Assembly: GCA_964016885.1 (NCBI GenBank)
Contig: OZ024750.1
Coordinates: 5,890,001-5,954,000, forward strand
Length of the DNA: 64,000 nt
Reading direction: 5' to 3'
From: Eledone cirrhosa
Lineage: Eukaryota
Shown here: positions 43,754-55,610 of the stretch, in pieces
How positions within the stretch are numbered: position 1 is the first letter of the stretch
How the letters are laid out: the number at the start of each line of letters is the position of its first letter
Made by a program: the position numbers and the translations under genes
Notes under the pieces: generated by a model
Seen by the model: the letters and a program-made list of their open reading frames with translations, nothing else
The model's database searches: none
What the model was told of the DNA's origin: nothing

Positions 43754-44166
43754 CTCTACATGTGTAGTATACCTACTCTACATGTGTAGTATACCTACTC
43801 TACATCTGTAGTATACCTACTCTACATCTGTAGTTTACCTACTCTACATCTGTAGTTTACCTACTCTACATGTGTAGTATACCTACTCTACATCTGTAGT
43901 TTACCTACTCTACATCTGTAGTTTACCTACTCTACATCTGTAGTATACCTACTCTACATCTGTAGTATACCTACTCTACATCTGTAGTATACCTACTCTA
44001 CATGTGTAGTATACCTACTCTACATCTGTAGTATACCTACTCTACATCTGTAGTTTACCTACTCTACATCTGTAGTATACCTACTCTACATGTGTAGTAT
44101 ACCTACTCTACATCTGTAGTATACCTACTCTACATCTGTAGTATACCTACTCTACATCTGTAGTAT
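43754..44166. repeat. 22-bp minisatellite, about 19 copies
   Basis: Unit CTCTACAT(C/G)TGTAGT(A/T)TACCTA. Confidence 0.95.
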
Positions 44167-44211
44167 CATGCAGTTCTCTAATTTATAGTCTTCCCGGTAG
44201 AAAGTAGTGAG

Positions 44212-45450
44212 CCACCTCCCTACTCACCACCATCGGCACAGAGTTGGCTACCCACAGTAGCGGAGACTTCTGGTGTCCTTGGCCCCAGGATCACCTCCCT
44301 ACTCACCACCATCGGCACAGAGTTGGCTACCCACAGTAGCGGAGACTTCTGGTGTCCTTGGCCCCAGGATCACCTCCCTACTCACCACCATCGGCACAGA
44401 GTTGGCTACCCACAGTAGCGGAGACTTCTGGTGTCCTTGGCCCCAGGATCACCTCCCTACTCACCACCATCGGCACAGAGTTGGCTATCCGCAGTAGCGG
44501 AGACTTCTGGTGTCCTTGGCCCCAGGATCACCTCCCTACTCACCACCATCGGCACAGAGTTGGCTACCCACAGTAGCGGAGACTTCTGGTGTCCTTGGCC
44601 CCAGGACCACCTCCCTACTCACCACCATCGGCACAGAGTTGGCTACCCACAGTAGCGGAGACTTCTGGTGTCCTTGGCCCCAGGACCACCTCCCTACTCA
44701 CCACCATCGGCACAGAGTTGGCTACCCACAGTAGCGGAGACTTCTGGTGTCCTTGGCCCCAGGATCACCTCCCTACTCACCACCATCGGCACAGAGTTGG
44801 CTACCCACAGTAGCGGAGACTTCTGGTGTCCTTGGCCCCAGGATCACCTCCCTACTCACCACCATCGGCACAGAGTTGGCTACCCACAGTAGCGGAGACT
44901 TCTGGTGTCCTTGGCCCTAGGACCACCTCCCTACTCACCACCATCGGCACAGAGTTGGCTACCCACAGTAGCGGAGACTTCTGGTGTCCTTGGCCCCAGG
45001 ATCACCTCCCTACTCACCACCATCGGCACAGAGTTGGCTACCCACAGTAGCGGAGACTTCTGGTGTCCTTGGCCCCAGGATCACCTCCCTACTCACCACC
45101 ATCGGCACAGAGTTGGCTACCCACAGTAGCGGAGACTTCTGGTGTCCTTGGCCCCAGGACCACCTCCCTACTCACCACCATCGGCACAGAGTTGGCTACC
45201 CACAGTAGCGGAGACTTCTGGTGTCCTTGGCCCCAGGATCACCTCCCTACTCACCACCATCGGCACAGAGTTGGCTACCCGCAGGTGAGCCTCGCGAGCT
45301 GGAATGGCACTTCCAGCGCGTCTCTCTCACCATCCTCAGCTGAGTGACCAACGCCTGGGCCCCCATTTGCTCATAATAGTGAGAGATGGGTAGAGCGGAA
45401 GAGACGAAAGCAGTGGTAGTGGCAGTTTGGTTCCTTTGTGTTCGGACCTG

Positions 45451-45453
<3 letters not shown>
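44212..45453 (+). repeat. 79-bp tandem array (about 13.5 copies) derived from CRE-like RLE coding sequence, running into the element's unique 3' end
   Basis: ORF starts repeat every 79 bp; unit encodes VAETSGVLGPRITSLLTTIGTELA, homologous to 12279-12640; ends GTTCGGACCTGGTG-(TA)n. Confidence 0.9.
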
Positions 45454-45499
<46 letters not shown>

Positions 45500-47251
45500 G
45501 GTCTTACACACAAGTAATGGGGTACGCTGGATCAGTCTATATACAACACCTTGGTTAGAATAGAAAAGACAGAGGGAGAAGGGGCGAGTGTGTAGGATGG
45601 AGCAAGGAGGTATAATGGGAGGTGTAGAGGTATAAACATGGGAAGTAGACGGTGAAAGTGACGGAAATAAGGGAGATATAGAGAGGTGCTAGATATCAAG
45701 GGAGAAAGAGTGTTTGCTGTAGCGAACTGTGAGATAGTGTGGAGGAGACTAGGTTTAGGGAAAGGGTTGATAAGTAGTGGTGTTTACAGACAATTCAGTT
45801 TGGTTGGTATATCAATGAATGGTGGTGGGGTAAAAGGGTAAAAAAGGCTGGAGTTGGATTTTTAAATTAGAATTTGATGCATGATAAAGTAAATTATAGA
45901 AGATAAATATAGAAACGAAAATAAATAAAGCAGAAAATGTGAAAAACGTGATAAAGAGATTTAATTAAGATATGTACGTAAAGATAAAAAAAAAACGATA
46001 ATTTAAAAGATTTGAGTTATAATACAAGTAATGAGAAATACTGGAAGTAGCAATAAGAAGTTAGGTTGGAATTGAGTTAAGATAATGGGAAAATAATAAT
46101 TTCATAAATACATAACTAAATATGTATAAAAATAGGAAAATTAGAATATGAATGAATAGATTAAAGGTTTTTGGGGTTGGATGATCTGGGAAGATACTCA
46201 TAAGAGGAACATCAAGAGTTAGATCTCTGCATCTATCACCATTGAGAAGCAATAACAAGAGATAATTGTTGCCTTCATGATATTTTAAATAATAAAAGAA
46301 ATGATTAAATTTAATAAGTTATATGGATTAAACAACCTCTGGCCATCAATATATCAACTGGTGCATGTTTTTTTTATTAGCAACACGATCCCGCCAAAGT
46401 ATAACAATATCTATTTCAATACGCGATTTTACATCAAGCATCTTGTAAAATAACTACAAAAACAAGTGTGTATATGTATATTTATGTGTGTGTGCTCGTT
46501 TATAAGAATAATTGCGACTATTTAGAAATGGTATTAGATAACAAAATATTTACGGAAGAACGTGTCTGTGTTTGTGCGAACGTCTGAGACAGAAAGAAAC
46601 GTAGTGGGGGAAAAGAGTTGAAATTAAGGTAAGAAAGTGGGAGAGGAAGATGCGAGAATAGAGAAAAACAAGAAACCCTGGAAGCAACATGTTTTAGAAC
46701 TTGTCACGGTTAATTTATTTTATTACAAGGTATATAGGCGCGATAAGATGATGTAAGATTTGCTAGTTGATGTGTGAAGTTAAATGATGAATTCAGAAAT
46801 AGAACCCGTTTCCTTTAACCTTCAACAGAGTGAAAAAAAAAACCAAACAAAAAAACGTATAGCAGGTTTGGCGCCTCGTATTTGACTGAATGACATTCAT
46901 TGATAAACTTCATTAACTCCCTTTACAGCGCGTTCTCATGTTTTTATACCAGTTTAGATATTAACAAAACCTAAAGATATCGGAAAACAACCGAACATAG
47001 TTTTCTTACAGATTGTAAATTTCTGGTGAAAGCGTAAAATTAACCAACAAAACTGTTGACAAATGTTTAAAATAATTTTGAAGATGTGAAATGGAAAAAA
47101 AAGTGGAAAGCAAATTGTGAAATTAATATAAAATAACATTAAATTTGAAAACGAATAATTTGTTATAATTGGATTTTAAAAATATGTTAGCTTATTGTAA
47201 ATAATTTCAACGCAGGGATGACTAAAAACTAGTCAAACAATTTGAACATAT

Positions 47252-47732
47252 AAACTGGTAGAGACGGAAAAAGGTGGACAAAAGTCACTCACGGAAATCA
47301 AATAACTTATGCACTCTTGTCCATAGGACACAGCTGAAATATACCGTACAGACAATAGTATAGAGCTCGTCCTTTTTCCTTTTTTCTCTTTTGTTTTGTA
47401 TTTTTAAAAGATAAATTATCTTGCCTACTTAAAAAAAAAAATGTCTATGAAAATCATACTTTATCTTTAGAAAAATTAAACGGTTAACCTATTAAAACTG
47501 GTAGAGACGGAAAAAAAATGGACAAAGTTACGCACGGAAATCAAATAACTTATGCACTCTTGTCCATAGGACAGCTGAAATATACCGCCCAGACAATGGT
47601 AGAGAGCTCATCTTTTTTCCTTTTTTTCTCTTTTGTTTTGTATTTTTGAAACATAAATCATCTTGCCTGCCTAAAAAGAATTCTATGAAAACCATACTTT
47701 ATCTTTCGAAAAATGAAACGGTTAACCAATTG
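47252..47732. repeat. Diverged tandem duplication, about 243-bp unit x2
   Basis: AAACTGGTAGAGACGGAAAA at 47252 and 47495; both units end AAACGGTTAACC. Confidence 0.9.
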
Positions 47733-48194
47733 AAAGATAATACTACAATTAAATATGGCGATAACGAGGGATTGTCTGTTTAACCTCTGTTTTCTGCTAT
47801 TTCACTCAGTTTAACCTGCTTCTATCGTTATCTCTCTGAGGTTCTATCTTTTCCTCTATTTCTCCTCGAGGCAAATTATCTCATTAACAGCTTCATCTGA
47901 CCGTATTTAAAACATTATATCATATCATATGGTGGCCGTATATTGGATTAACACAGACATATACAGAGAGAGAGACACACGCACACGCACACACAGACAC
48001 ACACAAACATCGTCTTTACTATTTGCTTTACGGAAAAGAAATGTAGGTGTTCTTTTGAAAGGCAACTACAATTATTGAAAGAATCTTCATTACTAATGAG
48101 ACCCGTCACCATTCCCACATTATCAAACTATACTTATAGCCACCGCCACAAGAAAAAAAAGAAAACAAACGCATGAAATATTTCTCTGCCATGT

Positions 48195-48812
48195 ATGACG
48201 TGAAAAATAATGGTTTCTACTTTTGGCACAAAGCCAGCAATTATCCAGTGCATTACTGGTACTTTATTTTATCGACCCCGTAAGGATGAAAGGCAAAGTT
48301 AACCTCGGCGGGATTTGAACTCAGAATGACGTGAAAAATAATGCTTTCTGATTTAGCCACAAGGTCAACGGGGTCGATCAAATAAAGTACCAGTAACGCA
48401 CTGGGGGTCAATTTAATCGACTTTCCCCTCTCCCCAAATTATTGGCATTGTTCTTATGCTAGAAATCATTATTATATAGGCAGTTATTATTATAAAGTCA
48501 ACCTCAAATCCCGCCGAGGTTAACTTTGCCTTTCATCCTTACGGAGTCGATAAAATAAAGTACCAGTAATGCACTGGGTAATTGCTGGCCTTGTGCCTAA
48601 AGTAGAAACAATTATTATATAGGCAGTGGATTAGTAGTATCTCTAGAAGGTCGGACGACATACTTTGCAGCCTAAAGTTACGCCCCTTTACGATCTGAGT
48701 TCAAATTCCGCCGAGGTTAACTTTGATTTTCATCCTTATGGAGACGATAAAATAATGTACCAGTAATGCACTGGTGTAATTGTTGGCCTTGTGCTAAAGT
48801 AGAAATTATTAT
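48195..48812. mobile_element. Nested cluster of four SINE A pieces; the first has an 18-bp TSD
   Basis: ATGACGTGAAAAATAATG at 48195-48212 and 48326-48343. Confidence 0.85.
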
Positions 48813-49032
48813 ATAGGGCAGCATATGTTTTTAAAAAGCCATAAAATATTAAACTGAGAATCTATGAATGTAGATATTACCATTACGTAGAATTGAACTC
48901 CTAAACAATATCTCTTTATGGTGGCATTAGATTATAAACGTCTTGCCAATCTTTTATGATATGAACCATGGACAATTCTATGGGCCGGCCGTTACCTTAT
49001 ACATTTCAACCATAGACACCTCTTCTCTTTCC

Positions 49033-49087
<55 letters not shown>

Positions 49088-49143
49088 CCTACCTATCCAT
49101 CCGTCTGTCCGTTTATCTGTCCAGCTATCCGTCTAAGTTTCTG

Positions 49144-49177
<34 letters not shown>

Positions 49178-50324
49178 AATATCTATCCGGTCTTCTTTTT
49201 ATCTTTATTTCCCTCCTCTCTCTTTCAGACTCCAAAGCGATTAATCAAAATTATACCACAAAATCGAAAAACTTATTCACATGCTTTTACTAACAATTGC
49301 TTGTACCAGATATAATATTTCTTTTGCTAAACTATCTCTACTCACCCCAAGGAAATTCAAACTAACTTTCAGAACGACTCTCAATCTTCTTTTAATATCA
49401 AACTCTCAAATTTGGTTTAAGAGTGGTTATAGGAAATACCAATATATGGATGTTGTATCAATGTGACAGAGAGAAACGCCTGGAAGGTTTGATTCGACAT
49501 CATATGCGAGTGTGTGTGTGTGTGTGTGTGTGAGTGTGTGAGTGTGTGAGTGTGTGAGTGTTAGTGTGTGAGTATGTGTGTATGTTTGTGAGTGCTTGTG
49601 TGTGTCAGAGTGCTTGTGTGTTTGTATATATATATATATGTGTGTGTGTGTATGCGTGTGTGTATGTATAAATATGTCCGCTAGCAGATCAATCAAACCG
49701 ACACTACCCTCAGGAAAAGTCTCGAAAACTGGAAAATTCTTCATTCTTGTTCTGGCGAAGTTTCTGTAATCTATCAAATTTAAAAAATGTAACATTTTGC
49801 TACTTCCAATGTTCTATAAACAAACATATATAATTTTGAACAATACAATATTAATTCTCGCGAGTAATGAATGTTACCATAGACGAAGGATCCGTATATA
49901 TTTTATATCTGACTACAGTATGTTTTGGTCACTCACATCTATTTGTATCTCCTCCTTCTCCCCTCCTTTGCCTACGTGTTCCTGAGACGGTCGTGGGGGT
50001 CAGAGTCTTCAAACACTCCTTCCAGTGGGTCCTCTTAGCAGCAACCGTCTCTACCTGATCCGGCTGGATCCCCAAACAAGACCAGTCAAGCTCATGGATG
50101 TTATCCAATTATCTTGCTCACGGTCTACCTCTGAAGGAATCAGCTTTATCCATGACCAGAGAACCTCGTTTGCTTTAAAGCAAGTGAAACCGACGCAGTT
50201 TATATTTCTTCAGAATAATTGGGACTTGTCAGCGGCATTTATAGCATAACCAGAAAGGGAACTATAAGGTGTTTATATTCTGGGAAGAAAGTACAAAGTC
50301 TAAGTAGGTGAAATATATAAATGC

Positions 50325-50742
50325 GCGATGCTACATGGTAGTGAGGCATGGGTAGCAACTGCAGAGGATATACGACGGCTGGAGAGAAATAAAGCAAAGC
50401 ATGTTCCGTTGGATGTGTAATGTCAATGTATGCGAACGACCAAGCATAGATGAGTTGAGAGAGAAACTGTGGATAAGTTGTGGTGTGCGGGAGAGAAGAC
50501 TGAGATGGTATGGACATGAGATGCGCATGGAGGATGACCGCTGGGTGAAGAAGTGCCAAGAAATACTAGTAGAAGGAAGACGCAGTAGAGGAAGACTACG
50601 AAAAATATGGGCGGAGGTGGTGAGAGCGGACCTCAGTTCGCTGAAACTCACGGAGGAGATGACGAAGGACCGTGACAAGTGGAGAGATGCTGTGCTGAAT
50701 AGGACCCGTCCCACCCTTGGAAGCAGGGAAAAGCGGACGTAA
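50325..50742 (+). mobile_element. RTE-clade LINE 3' fragment; a SINE A piece (50743-50845, -) is inserted in its tail
   Basis: MFRWMCNV...RERRLRWYGHEMRM...GRRSRGRLRKIWAEVV...DRDKWR. Confidence 0.85.
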
Positions 50743-50853
50743 AATAATTGTTTCTACTTTTGGCACAAGGCCAGCAATTATCCCAGTACATTACTGGTAC
50801 TTTATTTTATCGACCCCGTAAGGATGAAAGGCAAAGTAAACCTCGAATAATGA

Positions 50854-50893
<40 letters not shown>

Positions 50894-50948
50894 GTGAGGT
50901 TTTTTTTACAAAATGAAAAATAACCGAGGTGTCCTACACGAGTGGAAG

Positions 50949-51297
50949 TATAAAGAAAAAGGGATGAAATCGAAAATGCAACTGAAGTCTTATTTTTTAA
51001 AAAATATATATATTTATTTGGTTCCTTTACCGGTTTCGCAGTTCTTCTGCTTTTCAAAAGGTGAGTTGAGATGGAGGGTCTGTGGTTTTTCTCACATCTG
51101 GTTGGTCTCTAAATGTTACTTGTTTTATATAGAGACCATTTAGAGACCAACCAGATGTGAGAAAAACCACAGACCCTCCATCTCAACTCACCTTTTGAAA
51201 AGCAGAAGAACTGCGAAACCGGTAAAGGAACCAAATAAATATATATATTTTTAAAAAAATAAGACTTCAGTTGCATTTTCGATTTCATCCCTTTTTT

Positions 51298-51304
<7 letters not shown>
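50949..51304. mobile_element. TA-embedded fold-back module with about 167-bp arms, each carrying a hammerhead fold
   Basis: Arms 50949-51115 and 51137-51304; the flank at 50887-50930 recurs inverted at 20295-20338. Confidence 0.85.
51191..51228 (+). ncRNA. 38-nt minimal type I hammerhead with U3-A8 core (mirror copy 51024-51061, -)
   Basis: CCTT-TTGAAAA-GCAG-AAGAA-CTGC-GAAA-CCGG-TA-AAGG, then AATAAA. Confidence 0.75.
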
Positions 51305-51357
<53 letters not shown>

Positions 51358-51512
51358 TTATATATTTATTAAAATAACAGATTAAAGTTTAAACAAAGAA
51401 TATAATTTAAATATTTACCTATTCCAGCAACTGGAATAGGTAAATATTTAAATTATATTTTTTTATTTATTTTAAAAAAAATTGTTTGAATCTTGGTTGC
51501 TCCGCTTATCTC

Positions 51513-51571
<59 letters not shown>

Positions 51572-51754
51572 TATTAACAAATGGAAACTATATTTATAAA
51601 ACCATATTTATTTCATTATACATATTTCAAGGACCACCAAGGCAAACTATGGTGCGCTTTCATCAGATAAAATATAATATAGGTTAGTTTTATAAATAAA
51701 TATTGACATACCCTGAAAAAATGCAACCATTCTGGTTGGAATCTCCTGGTTAGT

Positions 51755-51886
51755 CTGTGACCGATAAACGTGATGTCTCCTCTTTGCATTTTCTACCGTC
51801 ACTATAGTAAACTATTCACTCAAGAGCTGCCATCACCACCACTCAGACACTCTGTTCATAGTCTCCTCTAATTCTCTCATTACCTT

Positions 51887-51917
<31 letters not shown>

Positions 51918-52035
51918 ATTAGAGGAGACTATGAACAGAGTGTCTGAGTGGTGGTGATGGCAGCTCTTGAGTGAATAGTTTACTATAGTGACGGTAGAAA
52001 ATGCAAAGAGGAGACATCACGTTTATCGGTCACAG
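51755..52035. repeat. Perfect 119-bp inverted duplication centred on a (TA)n tract
   Basis: 51755-51873 is the exact reverse complement of 51917-52035. Confidence 0.95.
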
Positions 52036-52250
52036 TCAGGCATTTTGTTGGAGAGCGACTTCACATCAATCAGTCGGGTGGCTTTCTTTTCTATGTGGTT
52101 TTGATATTTGTATATGTAATAACGGCTCCGTCTCCGACATAGGATAACTACTCCATTGTGAGCCTCAGGTCAGTGATGTAAATGGCTTGTAGTTGTTGAG
52201 AGATGAATTATTTTCTGTCTCACAAGGAAAGCTAATCCTTGGCACTCAGT
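51917..52250 (-). mobile_element. Degenerate CR1/Jockey-like LINE RT C-terminal fragment
   Basis: With frameshifts reads LTME...IEKKATRLIDV...KRDVSSLCIFYRHY...QEL. Confidence 0.55.
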
Positions 52251-53222
52251 TATTTATATAACACAGTATTTGAGCTATCCTCATTGAACCAGTCGATACG
52301 ATGCCTACAATTTAGTTTAACTTCTGTGTACATTCCTACGACGACAACGACAACAACAACAACAACAACAACTACTACAACTACTACTACTACTACTACA
52401 CTATCACTGCACCTGTTATTAAATTCAATCTTTGTTCCCCAGCCGAGTTGACTCCCCAGATCCTCGTTTAGAGTGATTCCCGTAGCCGCTACTTCGCTGA
52501 GGTAAATGGTTTTATATTAGTCCCAGTTAGATTCTCTTTATTCACTTATCACTGCTCCTCTGGCCCTTATATTGTACCCCACGCCTTCCTGGGCTCCCAT
52601 TAATTGCTGCACCAATCTTTCCTACTCAGAATGTCGACCATTCGGAATCCCTCATCTATCCACGTTTTCCCTTCAGCCATAAACATGCAATGTTAAAGCC
52701 CAACATATTTTACGCCGATCTAACCGGGATCGGAGAGCCTACACCTACAAAGGCTATGGGTGCGAGCCATCCTTCCCGCCCATTCCAACAACAGAATAAA
52801 TACAAATATGATATTAGTAGACGAATAGATATATTTGTTATTTCGCAGTATTAATATATTATTTTACATATATTATCATATACATATATAGAAATAATTT
52901 TATTCTTACTTTCTTTTCAACTTAATCATTCCACAGACATGTAGACAAGTTTTCATATAAATAATGAGAAAATAATAGTTACAGAGATATTTATAAGAAT
53001 GGCGTGAGGTAAACTATGGAAAAGCAATTTCATTTTCATAAATATCTGGGTGTCTCGGTATCTATCTATCTATAAATGTGAATCCGTATATGCGTGTGTA
53101 TGTTTATACATATATATATGTTTGTGTATGTATGTATCTATGTATGTGTGTGTGTGTGTCTGTATATTTTGTCTTGTGACATTACTCTGGTGACCTCTAC
53201 GTGTGAATATATATATATATAT

Positions 53223-53620
53223 ATAGAAAGATTTGAATGGATACAGTTTAGTTGAAAGGAATTTATTGACACGTGTTTCTATAACAGTTACATAACCTAA
53301 AACAGCTATCTACAAACTTTTAGTTATGCAGACATTCAATATTTCAATGTTATTGTTTACTGTCAAATGACAGTAAACAATAACATTGAAATATTGAATG
53401 TCTGCATAACTAAAAGTTTGTAGATAGCTGTTTTAGGTTATGTAACTGTTATAGAAACACGTGTCAATAAATTCCTTTCAACTAAACTGTATCCATTCAA
53501 ATCTTTCTATTTTTCTCCGGATTACTTTTGGAACTACAACTGGAACCGTCGAGCAAACTCTACGTGAGCTGATAATCTACTGTGTGTAATATTTATATTA
53601 CAACACAACGGAAAAAACTG
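53223..53620 (+). mobile_element. TA-embedded fold-back module with perfect 143-bp arms (53223-53510, 2-nt spacer) and hammerhead 3' half
   Basis: GAAA-CACGTG-TC-AATAAA at 53454-53471. Confidence 0.85.
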
Positions 53621-54954
53621 TATATATATATATATATATATATGTATATGTGTGTGTATATGTGTGTGCGTGTGTGAGTGTGTGTGTCTGTATATTTTGT
53701 CTTGTGACATTACTCTGGTGACCTCTACGTGTGAATATATATATATATATATATGTATGTATATGTATATATATATATGTGTGTGTGTGTATATGTGTGT
53801 GCGAGTGTGTGTGTGTGTATTTTGTCTTGTGACTCTGGTGACCTCTACCGATTGATTTTATTTAATTACTACGAAAGACACCTTCCTAAAATGAAGTATA
53901 TATTTTTAAAAATTATTCTGCTTTCCTCTCATTGCAATCATCCAAGTGTATATATTAATATATAAACAATATGCTCTGTATATATTTATATATAAATATT
54001 GTTCTTGGTATATGTTTATACATAAATATTGTGTTGTGTGTGTATCTAAAATTCAGATATTATAACTGTTCAACACCACTATCAAAACTACGTCGTCTAT
54101 GAAGATGTTTTGTCGTAGATAGTTGAAGATATTCTCGCTGTTCAAGCCATGGGGGAAATTGTTTTAGAGATAACACATTTTACAAGAGAGAAAGAATAGG
54201 TCAATAGTTAAAGCTACGTACCAACAGAAATTCTTTGTTTGATTGAGTATAAGTGAATATCCAGAGGCTTTGTGTCTTTCTATTATTTATCCTATCTTTT
54301 TTGTTTTATCAATTTATCTTTATTTCCCATTTTTTTTCTATCTGTCTTTCATTTCCCCCCTTCACAATGTTGAGATCGTTTTAATGGAAAATGGGTTGGT
54401 TGAAAAAAATACTTCTCATATCACTATTCCTTTCCCTTCATAAATCCCCCATCTCCATCATGGTTGCAATGAATTAGTCATATTTTTATTTATTGCTTCA
54501 CTCCACAAACAACCTACACTTCTCACACCATTTCTCCCCCTAGTCAATGTCACCGCTACTTTCTACCGACGCCAATTGAAACAGATTTCGGCATTTTGAC
54601 ATCTTTTTTTTTATGACTTTAGTCGCTCCAACCAATTATCAACACAGTACATCTCTCTTCCATATCAACACGATCAACTAATGTCACACTACAGGCTCCT
54701 TTATCAGTGATGACAATATCACATCTTCGGGCTCTAATTGTTTTTAACCGAAAAACGAAAACCAGTGAAAAATATTATCAAAATCACATTATATTAATAT
54801 TTATACTTTTCAAAATTAGGATTGTTGTATTTTGATGATAAATGTAATGAACAAAACTGAGAAATGAGATTAAGATGTCGTCGTACTTGGTTTCTTTTTC
54901 TCTTAACTATTATAATTTCGATGTCCCACATCATCATCATCATTATAATTATAA

Positions 54955-55610
54955 TAATAATGATTTCTAGTATAGGCACAAGGCCAGCAATCTTTGGGAC
55001 AGGGGGAAAGTCGATTAAATCGACCCCAGTGCGTACCTGGTACTTTATTTTATCAACCCCGTAAGGATGAAAGGCAAAGTTAACCTCGGCGGGATTTGAA
55101 CTCCGATCATGAAGCACCGTAACTCTTGTACAAAGCATGTTGTCCGACACTCTACCGATACTGCGATAATAATAATAATCATTATGAAGGGTGGTGGATT
55201 GGCAGTATCGGTAGAGCGCCAGGCAACATGCTTTGCGGTCGAAGTGAGCTTAGCCTTTCATCCTTGATTTACTTAATATCATTGCACGACTGCTTCTTAA
55301 TTTATTGGTGCCGTTGTATGATCCCAAATCAACTTCGATAGAACACGTGTATTATAAAGGACCTTCTAGTCATGACCATTTCGTATTTTATGTATCACAG
55401 GAGCCACAATGTTAGGGCGGTGAATCGGCAGTATCCGTAGAGGGTTGGACGCCATGATTTGCTTTCTAGCATAGTTACGTCCCCTTACTGTCTGAGTTCA
55501 AATCCCGTCGAGATTAACTTTGCCTTACATCCTTACGGGGACGATAAAATAAACTACCAGTAATGCACTGGGTAATTGATGGCCTTGTGCCAAAAGTAGA
55601 AACAATTATT
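54955..55610. mobile_element. SINE A cluster (-: 54955-55165; +: 55188-55262 and 55414-55610)
   Basis: Similarity to other copies. Confidence 0.8.

Noticed and set aside
44212-45281. CRISPR-like or coding interpretation of the 79-bp array (also the 55-bp and 22-bp arrays)
   Set aside because: There are no unique spacers or cas genes, the context is eukaryotic, and the unit lengths are not multiples of 3
53388-53432. SECIS-like hairpin in the stem II region
   Set aside because: It lacks a clear AUGA/GA quartet at the right spacing and there is no ORF to recode; a SECIS search would be needed
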